Shown piece by piece: positions 57,218 to 64,000 of a stretch of DNA of 64,000 nt. The notes under the pieces were generated by a model that saw only the letters and a list, made by a program, of their open reading frames with translations, was not told the origin of the DNA and ran no database searches. A program made the position numbers and the translations under genes. Origin of the DNA: Planctomycetota bacterium (GTDB taxonomy: Bacteria; Planctomycetota; UBA1135; UBA2386); assembly GCA_947501605.1 (NCBI GenBank), contig CANMWZ010000004.1, positions 64,001 through 128,000 on the forward strand, written 5' to 3'. How positions within the stretch are numbered: position 1 is the stretch's first letter; every line of letters begins with the position of its first letter.

Positions 57218-59155
57218 ATGTTCCCAAGTCACCCGCGCGGCCTCGCTCCGTTGTTCTTCATCGAGATGTGGGAGCGGCTCAGCTTCTATGTCATCGGCGG
57301 CATTCTGTTGCTCTACGCCCTCGACACCGAGCGCGGTGGGCTGGGCCTGCCGTCGATCACTGCGAACGACATAGTCGGCACCTATCTCGCGTTCGTCTAT
57401 GCGACGCCGTTCCTCGGTGGCCTGCTCGCGGATCGCGTGCTCGGGTTCCGCCGCAGCGTGCTCATCGGCGGGATTTGCATGGCGTGCGGGCTGTTTTCTC
57501 TCGGCACGCCTGGTGAGACCTTCTTCGTGCTGGGACTCGTGCTCGTTTGCATTGGCAACGGGTTCTTCAAACCCAACATCTCGGCGATGGTCGGCAACCT
57601 CTACGAGAAGGGCGACCCGCGGCGCGATGCTGGCTTCAACATCTTCTACGTCGGCATCAACATCGGCAGCTTCATCGCCTTCGTCGCGTCGGCATGGGTG
57701 AAGGAGTCGTTCGGCTGGTTCTGGACGTTCCGCATGGCGGGCTTTGGCTTGCTGATCGGCGTGACGTTGCTGGTGCTGTTCTGGAAGCGACTCGCGATCG
57801 CTGACCGCCCGCCGCAGCGGCGACCCGACGACGTCTCGATCGGCCGCATCGTCGGCACGATCCTGGCTCCGGCTCTCGTCGTCGGCTACTGCGGCTACTG
57901 GGCGGCCCAGCACTGGTTCCCCGGCTCGCCGGTCACACCGCAGATGTGCGGGTTTCTCACCGGCATGCTGCCGCTGATCCTGTTCTTCGTGCGCATCGGC
58001 ACCACAGCCCCGAAGGACGAACGTCCAGGTCTGTTGGCGTTGCTTCCGGTCTACGTCGCCGGCGGCACGTTCTTCATGATCCTGCACCTCAATACGACGG
58101 CGTTGACGAAGTGGGCCGAGACCGACACGAATCGACACAGTGCCAACATGTTCGACGTGCTCGGTACCCGCGAAGACGCGATGCCCAGCTACTTCCGCAA
58201 TGCACCGGCGGACGTTGCGCGTCCATTGCGTGAGACGCTGGTCGTAGTCGATCCCAAAGTAGCTCGCATGTTCGGCACGTCCCGCCTTGACCTCGCGGCG
58301 GTCAAGGCCGTGCAGACGCTGCAGCCCGAGTTGAAGGCGCTGGTGACGATGGGCGCGATCGACGGCCTCCCGACTGCGACGAGCGCGGAGTTCGATCGTC
58401 GGGCCGCTGCGGTCTATCCCGCGGGTTCGGTGACCGTGAAGGCAATCAACGACAGCCATGGCGTGCCGACGATTGCCGTCGATGTCGCACAAGGTGTGCA
58501 GAGCCTTGGTCGGGTTGCCTTCGTGCGCACGGTGGCCGGACGCGACGTTCCCGTGCTGTTGATCGACCAGAAGACCAGCGACGAGGTCTATCGCCTCGCC
58601 GACGCCACCACGCCGTCGCTGCCGCCCGGTGACTTCCTCCGCGTCACCAGCGCGGTGGTGTTCCAGGCGGCAAATGCGCTGTGCGTCATTGTCCTCACCA
58701 CTCCGCTCGTGCTGTTCTGGGGCTGGATGCAGCGGCGCGGTCGAACGGTCGGCACCGCGCACAAGATCCTCTACGGCCTGATCCTGACGATGCTCTCCAT
58801 GTTGGTCATGGCGATCGCCGGGTGGCTGACGCAGCACGGGGCTCTCAAGGTGTCGGCATGGTGGTTGATCGGGGCCTATGCCGTCGTCACGGTCGGCGAG
58901 CTGTGTCTGTCGCCGATGGGCCTGTCCTTGGTCACCAAGCTGAGTCCGAAGCGGTACGTGGGTTTGATGATGGGCGGCTGGTTTTGTGCCACGGCGTTTG
59001 GCAACAAGTTGTCGGGGTTCTTCGGCGGCATCCAGAGCTTGATGGAGCCGACGCAGTTCTTCCTCGTACTGGCCGCGGCCGTCGCTGTTGTCGCCCTGGG
59101 TATTCGCGCGATCCTGCCGTGGCTCGATCGCGTGATGAAGCAGTACGGCGCCTAG
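57218..59155 (+). CDS. POT/PTR family peptide transporter with a large inserted soluble domain
   Basis: IEMWERLSFY, ADRVLG, GNGFFKPN, FYVGINIG and GELCLSPMG motifs, plus a ~170-aa hydrophilic insert in the C-terminal half. Confidence 0.92.
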   Translation: MFPSHPRGLAPLFFIEMWERLSFYVIGGILLLYALDTERGGLGLPSITANDIVGTYLAFVYATPFLGGLLADRVLGFRRSVLIGGICMACGLFSLGTPGETFFVLGLVLVCIGNGFFKPNISAMVGNLYEKGDPRRDAGFNIFYVGINIGSFIAFVASAWVKESFGWFWTFRMAGFGLLIGVTLLVLFWKRLAIADRPPQRRPDDVSIGRIVGTILAPALVVGYCGYWAAQHWFPGSPVTPQMCGFLTGMLPLILFFVRIGTTAPKDERPGLLALLPVYVAGGTFFMILHLNTTALTKWAETDTNRHSANMFDVLGTREDAMPSYFRNAPADVARPLRETLVVVDPKVARMFGTSRLDLAAVKAVQTLQPELKALVTMGAIDGLPTATSAEFDRRAAAVYPAGSVTVKAINDSHGVPTIAVDVAQGVQSLGRVAFVRTVAGRDVPVLLIDQKTSDEVYRLADATTPSLPPGDFLRVTSAVVFQAANALCVIVLTTPLVLFWGWMQRRGRTVGTAHKILYGLILTMLSMLVMAIAGWLTQHGALKVSAWWLIGAYAVVTVGELCLSPMGLSLVTKLSPKRYVGLMMGGWFCATAFGNKLSGFFGGIQSLMEPTQFFLVLAAAVAVVALGIRAILPWLDRVMKQYGA

Positions 59156-59180
59156 GGTGGCGACGGACCGATGGGCACAC

Positions 59181-59214
59181 GGCGAGGCCGGCATTCCCAG
59201 TCGCCGGCCTCGCC
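59181..59214 (+). terminator. GC-rich hairpin after the POT gene
   Basis: 12-bp stem GGCGAGGCCGGC/GCCGGCCTCGCC with a 10-nt loop and no U-tract. Confidence 0.35.
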
Positions 59215-59474
59215 CGCCGCGTGCCGCGTTGCCGCTCCTCGACGCGTCCCCTGCTGAGCCGGCTCGTCGCGGCGCCCGGCGCGCAACGCGCAGGACTCGC
59301 CGATACCCAACACGAACTTCGGAGTCGCTCCAAGATCTCCGAACCGGAGTACCCAACCGTCGGCCCAATGGCTGTGGGCGCTTCGTCAGCGTCGCGATCT
59401 TCGCACATGGACCCTGGGGACCTTCGCTACTCCGCCCGAGGGCGAACGGGACTTGCCTACGTCACCATGTCGCG

Positions 59475-60074
59475 ATGACCATTTCCGGACTGCAAGCCCT
59501 GGTCGCGCGGCTCGAGGCACTCGGGCCAAAGGACATCACCACGCGTGCGGTGCAGGCGTTGATGGCGGACACGCCGCTCGAAGATCGCGATATCGATCGC
59601 TTCGTCGTGCCGCGCAGCGATCGCTACGCGCGCCAACTCGTGCATCGAAGTCCGCGGTTCGATGTGATCGTGCTGACCTGGTTGCCCGGCCAATCGACTC
59701 CGATCCACAACCACGCCGGCAACCTCGGCTGGGTGCAGCTCGTGCGCGGGCGCATTCGCGAAGATCGCTACATGCTGGTGCCGTCCTGCCTCGACAGTGG
59801 GCTCGACCTCGCAGCCGAAGTGGGGGAGCCGCAGCGAGGCATTGAGCTGCGCGAAATCGGCTCCACGGTCCTGACCGAGAGAGCCGCGATCGCGACGGTC
59901 GATCGACTGCGTGCGATCCATCGCATCGGCAATCCCAAGGAACACCCACGCGACGAGGTGACCGTGACCCTGCACGTCTACAGCAAGCCGCACGACGCCT
60001 GTCTCACCTTCGACTCCGTCGAGCGAACCTGTTCCAGGCGCGAGCTGCAGTTTGACAACTCTGCCTTGGCCTGA
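59475..60074 (+). CDS. Cysteine dioxygenase type I family (cupin)
   Basis: RYARQLV, WLPGQSTPIHNH, IHRIGN and TLHVYSKP motifs (3-His site). Confidence 0.88.
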   Translation: MTISGLQALVARLEALGPKDITTRAVQALMADTPLEDRDIDRFVVPRSDRYARQLVHRSPRFDVIVLTWLPGQSTPIHNHAGNLGWVQLVRGRIREDRYMLVPSCLDSGLDLAAEVGEPQRGIELREIGSTVLTERAAIATVDRLRAIHRIGNPKEHPRDEVTVTLHVYSKPHDACLTFDSVERTCSRRELQFDNSALA

Positions 60075-60139
60075 GCGGCTGCCTTGGCCTGAGCAGGCAG
60101 CGTTGGCCTCGATCGGTAGCCGCGCCTGCCCCAGGCGTC

Positions 60140-60325
60140 TTACCGCTCCGGTTTCTTCGTCGGCTCCTTCAGCGGGTCGCGGCCCAATCGGCTTTGCAGC
60201 GCGTTGAAGAGGATCCACTCGATCTGGCCGTTCATGCTGCGCATGTCCTGCTCAGCCCAGCGCCGCAACTCGGCGAGGAGCTGCGGCGGCAGGCGCAATA
60301 GGAAGCCCTTCTTGTCGTCGGCCAC
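60140..60325 (-). CDS. Arc-like ribbon-helix-helix DNA-binding protein
   Basis: KKGFLLRLPPQL...RWAEQDMRSMNGQIEWIL; starts 18 bp after the SPFH gene. Confidence 0.85.
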   Translation of the reverse strand: MADDKKGFLLRLPPQLLAELRRWAEQDMRSMNGQIEWILFNALQSRLGRDPLKEPTKKPER

Positions 60326-60343
60326 GGGGGGGATCCGTGAAGC

Positions 60344-61243
60344 TCAGCCGTGGATGGTGCCGGCGTTGACGATCGGCTGCGTGCCGCGTTCGCCGCAGAG
60401 CACCACCAGCAGGTTGCAGACCATCTGCGCTTTGCGTTCTTCGTCGAGCTCGCAGACCTTGTTGCGGCTGAGTTGTTCGAGCGCCATCTGAACCATGCCG
60501 ACGGCGCCGTCGACGATGCGCGTGCGCGCGGCGATGATCGCGTCTGCTTGTTGGCGCTGCAGCATCACCGAGGCGATTTCTGGCGCGTAGGCGAGGTGAC
60601 TGATGCGGGCTTCGAGCACTTCGATGCCGGCGATCTGCAGTCGCGTCGTGATCTCCGCATTCAACTCCTGGTTGATCGTGTCGCTGCTGCCGCGCAGGGA
60701 CACTTGCGCATCCTCCGGCGCGTCGTAGGGGTGGCACGAGGCGAGGTGGCGCAGGGCCGATTCGGTTTGCACGTGCACGTAGGAGTCGAAGTCCTCGACG
60801 TCGAACGCGGCCTTGGCGGTGTCCCGTACGCGCCAGACGACGACGGCTCCGATCTCGATCGGATTGCCGCGCAGGTCATTCACTTTCAACTTGTCGCTGT
60901 TGAAGTTGTGGGCGCGCAGGCTGATCGGGCGGCGCACGGTGAGAGGGTTGATGCTGAAGAACCCGTTGTCGCGCAGCGTGCCCTGGTACTCGCCGAACAA
61001 CAGCACGACCTTGCTGGCGTTCGGGTTGATCAGCACGAGGCTGCGGAACACCAGTACAGACATCGGCAAGCACAGAAGGCCGGTGGTGAGCTGCAGCGCC
61101 CCGATGCCACCTTCTTTGAGCGACTGGGCCGCGGGGATGATGAGGATGAAGGCGAGTGGCAGCAGGAGGATGCCAACCAGCAGCATGAGGATGCCCGGCA
61201 GGCCGGGGGAACGAAGCTTCTCGACGGACGCGTTGCGGGACAT
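60344..61243 (-). CDS. SPFH (band 7) domain membrane protein
   Basis: Two N-terminal TM segments, [28 protein letters not shown] and [11 protein letters not shown]...MLQRQQA. Confidence 0.93.
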   Translation of the reverse strand: MSRNASVEKLRSPGLPGILMLLVGILLLPLAFILIIPAAQSLKEGGIGALQLTTGLLCLPMSVLVFRSLVLINPNASKVVLLFGEYQGTLRDNGFFSINPLTVRRPISLRAHNFNSDKLKVNDLRGNPIEIGAVVVWRVRDTAKAAFDVEDFDSYVHVQTESALRHLASCHPYDAPEDAQVSLRGSSDTINQELNAEITTRLQIAGIEVLEARISHLAYAPEIASVMLQRQQADAIIAARTRIVDGAVGMVQMALEQLSRNKVCELDEERKAQMVCNLLVVLCGERGTQPIVNAGTIHG

Positions 61244-61268
61244 GGATCAGGACTCCTTGGATAGCGAA

Positions 61269-61289
61269 GGGATATCACTATGGTAGCCC
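61269..61289. promoter_or_regulatory. Imperfect palindrome; candidate operator of the SPFH-RHH operon
   Basis: GGGATATCA-CTA-TGGTAGCCC has 9-bp arms with 2 mismatches and lies 26 bp upstream of the SPFH ATG. Confidence 0.5.
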
Positions 61290-61337
61290 GAGTGGAAGCG
61301 CATCTGTCGCTGCGGTATGACGAATCCTGGGCCCGGG

Positions 61338-63317
61338 TCAAAGGCCGAGGTCGGGGTAGTCGTCGTCGAGTACCGGTTGCACTGGCAGCGAGGCGAGGAA
61401 ACGTCGACCGTAACCCTTGGTGCGCGCTCGCGGGTCCAGCACGATGACCTTGCCATGGTCCTGCTGGCTCCGGATCAGGCGGCCAAAGCCCTGGCGGAAC
61501 TTCAGGATGGCTTCGGGCAGCGACCAGTCGCGGAAGGGATCGCCGCCCTTGTCGGCGATTGCCTGCATGCGCGCCTTGGTCAGAGGGTGGCTCGGGTTCT
61601 GGAACGGCAAGCGTGTCACGATGACCAGAGTCAGAGCCTCACCGGGGACGTCGATGCCTTCCCACAGCGAGTCGGTGCCGATCAGCACCGAACTGGGCTC
61701 TGCGCGTTTCTGTTCGAGCAGTTTGGCCAACGGCGACTCGCCCTGGACCAAGAGCGGGATGCCCTCTTCATGGAGGTCGTCAGCGAGGGCCTCCTTGAGG
61801 AACCGTACGAAGTCCCACGACGTGCACAGCACGAGTGCGTGACCGCCGTTTCGCAGCACGTGGTGCTTGGTGCGGTCGCCGACCGCGGCCTTGAACTGAG
61901 TCGGCGCCCCGCTCGGGTCGGGCATGTCGCTTTCGATCACGAGCCTGACGTTGCGTTCGTAGTCGAACGGCGAGCCCAGGCGCAAGGTATCGACGCGGTC
62001 GCCATCCAGGCCGAGTTGGCCGCGCACCCATGCAAAACCCTCGTCGTCGCCGGGGCCGAGCGTCGCGCTCGTCAGTACGCATGTCGGCCCCGACTTGAAT
62101 AGATGGTCGCGCAACACCGAGCTGACGTCGAGCGGGGCGCCGCACAGCACCGGTCCGTACTTGCTGCCCTCGACCCAACGGATCAGAGCCGGACCGGTCT
62201 GCGACTTCGGATCACACAGCGAGCGGATCACGTTGGCGAGGCCGACGAGGCCGCTGCTGCGCGCCTGCAGCTCCATGCGCACATCGACCTGTTCGATGCG
62301 CATCGCCGCCGCGCCGAGTTCTTGCGAAAGATGCACGAGGAGCGGCGTCAGGGGCTCGGCGAGCGTTTCGTCGCCGAGCGCCGAGTTGCCATCGCGACCG
62401 TCAGGGCCGGCGTGCGCTTCGAGTTCCGAAAAGAACGCGTCGTTCGCCACTCGCAGCTCTTCGAGCAGCACGAGCGCCGCCGGCGTGCCGTGTCGGCGTA
62501 GCAGGCTGTGGTCACTACGGCGTGGGTGCAGGCGCTTCAGGTGCCAACCGACGGTCGCTGCCGACACCCTCAGCCCCAGGCTCTCGGTCGCTACGCGTTC
62601 GAGGTGGTGGGCCTCGTCGAAGACCACGACCTTGTGTTCGGGCAAGAACGTCGCCCCGGCCAAACGTAGGGCGAGATCGGCGAAGTACAACGAGTGGTTG
62701 ACGATCAGAACTTGCGCGGTTTCGGCGCGTCGCCGGGCGCGTTGCCAGCCGCACCGCTCGTAGTGGGAGCAGGCGCGGTTGAGGCAATTGCCATGTTCGG
62801 CCTGCACCTCCTCCCACACGTCGGCGAGCGGTGGGAACGGCAGCTCCATGCGCGTGGTCTCGCGCGCCGTCATCGACCAGTCGACGATGCGGCGCAGGTG
62901 CGATCGTCGGTCCTCGTTTTCGAGCATGCTCTGCTCGCGCTCCGCCAGATGCATGCGTCGCAGGCAGAGGTAGTTGTTGCGCCCGACGGCGGTCGTCGAC
63001 GACCACTCGAACGGCAACACCGCGTGCAGGAACGGCAGGTCCTTCTTTTCGAGCTGCTCTTGCAGCGCGATCGTGCGGGTGCTGATCACGACCGGCCCCT
63101 GGCCCTGATTCTGATCGGCGTGCAGCGCCGCCGGCAGCAGGTAGGAGAACGACTTGCCTACACCCGTGCCGGCCTCGGCGACGAGATGGCGCCGTCCGGT
63201 GAAGGCGCGTTCGATCGCGACCGCGAGCTGCAGTTGCTGCGGTCGGACTTCAAAGCCCTGGAGCCGGCGCGCGACCGGTCCACCGGGCTGCAGCAGTTCG
63301 TGGACGCTGTGGGTCAC
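61338..63317 (-). CDS. DinG/YoaA-family ATP-dependent DNA helicase (Fe-S)
   Basis: RPQQ, EAGTGVGKS, Fe-S cysteines (YLC, CLNRAC...C), DEAH, TSATL, WEGIDVPG and QGFGRLIRS. Confidence 0.93.
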   Translation of the reverse strand: MTHSVHELLQPGGPVARRLQGFEVRPQQLQLAVAIERAFTGRRHLVAEAGTGVGKSFSYLLPAALHADQNQGQGPVVISTRTIALQEQLEKKDLPFLHAVLPFEWSSTTAVGRNNYLCLRRMHLAEREQSMLENEDRRSHLRRIVDWSMTARETTRMELPFPPLADVWEEVQAEHGNCLNRACSHYERCGWQRARRRAETAQVLIVNHSLYFADLALRLAGATFLPEHKVVVFDEAHHLERVATESLGLRVSAATVGWHLKRLHPRRSDHSLLRRHGTPAALVLLEELRVANDAFFSELEAHAGPDGRDGNSALGDETLAEPLTPLLVHLSQELGAAAMRIEQVDVRMELQARSSGLVGLANVIRSLCDPKSQTGPALIRWVEGSKYGPVLCGAPLDVSSVLRDHLFKSGPTCVLTSATLGPGDDEGFAWVRGQLGLDGDRVDTLRLGSPFDYERNVRLVIESDMPDPSGAPTQFKAAVGDRTKHHVLRNGGHALVLCTSWDFVRFLKEALADDLHEEGIPLLVQGESPLAKLLEQKRAEPSSVLIGTDSLWEGIDVPGEALTLVIVTRLPFQNPSHPLTKARMQAIADKGGDPFRDWSLPEAILKFRQGFGRLIRSQQDHGKVIVLDPRARTKGYGRRFLASLPVQPVLDDDYPDLGL

Positions 63318-64000
63318 GCCGGTGCGTCCTCGGTCAGTTCGACGGTGGCGACGAGGCGCACGCGCGTGGGGGCCCACTCGGCAAACACCGCGAAGGCTCG
63401 TTCCAGCTCATCTCCGGCTTTCGCTGTGCTCAGTAGTTCTCCGAGGGGCGACATGAGGCGGGGCATCTGCACCGCTACGTGTTCCCTGCCGTCGCTGCCG
63501 CGGTAGGCGAAGCGCACTCTGCAGCGCTGCGCCCGCCGCCGCTTCGTGCCGCGAGCAGGCTCGGGGCAGCGAACCTCGACGATGCGTGCCGCCGTCGCCA
63601 CACCGTGCCGGAGTACGACCCATGTGCGATGAACGTGCGATAGCCAGAGTCCAGTTGCGAACAACAGCGGCAGGAGGATCCAGCTGGTCACCCACGGCAG
63701 CCAACTGCTGGTGCGCGCGACGACGCCAGTGACCAGGCGCGCCACTTGGGGCTCGGCCGGCAGATACTCGACGCCGCGGTGGTCGCCGGCGCGCAGCAGG
63801 TCGGCACGAAGCCAGCTCGAGGCGGTGTGGGGCGTGCCCTGCGCATCCTCGTAGCGGAAGGTGCACAGCGCCCAACTGGTCGGCAGGCCGTCTCGATCCT
63901 GCTCGCGGCGGACATCGGTGATCGACGCGACTGTCGTGCCGCGCGCTTCGCACGCGTCGAGGCTCCAGTCGTCGCGCGGCGACCTGAAGTCATCGTCGCT
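63314..64000 (-). CDS. Membrane protein with DUF3592-like domains (5' end lies beyond the right edge)
   Basis: The frame is open from 64000 to the stop at 63314. It reads ...ASITDV...CTFRYEDAQG...VEYLPAEPQVARL, a TM helix, then HGVATAARIVEV...VRFAYRGSDG. Confidence 0.65.
   Translation of the reverse strand, partial: SDDDFRSPRDDWSLDACEARGTTVASITDVRREQDRDGLPTSWALCTFRYEDAQGTPHTASSWLRADLLRAGDHRGVEYLPAEPQVARLVTGVVARTSSWLPWVTSWILLPLLFATGLWLSHVHRTWVVLRHGVATAARIVEVRCPEPARGTKRRRAQRCRVRFAYRGSDGREHVAVQMPRLMSPLGELLSTAKAGDELERAFAVFAEWAPTRVRLVATVELTEDAPA

Overview
This is a GC-rich bacterial chromosomal window with dense coding, about 50 CDS and two tRNAs (Gly-GCC, Arg-CCT). I found no rRNA, CRISPR array, prophage or intact mobile element. 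The gene content (prepilin-motif proteins, sulfatase, EboE, an orphan ECF sigma) would fit a planctomycete-like organism, but that is inference only. Most genes are housekeeping or metabolic: mfd (cut by the left edge), rnc, typA, Maf, dtd, Hsp20, ppx, CYTH-CHAD, thiD, an acyl-CoA ligase, plsY-gpsA, a DinG-family helicase and several transporters. The best candidate for an undescribed system is 13.6-24.4 kb. It holds a PilV/GspI-, PilW/GspJ- and PilX/GspK-like trio in which the first pilin carries a passenger region of about 1000 aa. The trio is split by a gap containing an IS630 remnant and sits next to a FixL-type heme-PAS kinase, a receiver-kinase hybrid and a NarL-type regulator. Other oddities: an aspartase fused to a cyclic-nucleotide-binding domain, a degenerate membrane HD-GYP protein, a diheme peroxidase lacking the inter-heme Trp, a divergent POT transporter pair (one with a ~170-aa loop insertion), an orphan eboE upstream of a DUF3299 ABC system, and several candidate cis elements. 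All family calls come from recognising motifs by eye. No searches were run, and several start codons are estimates.
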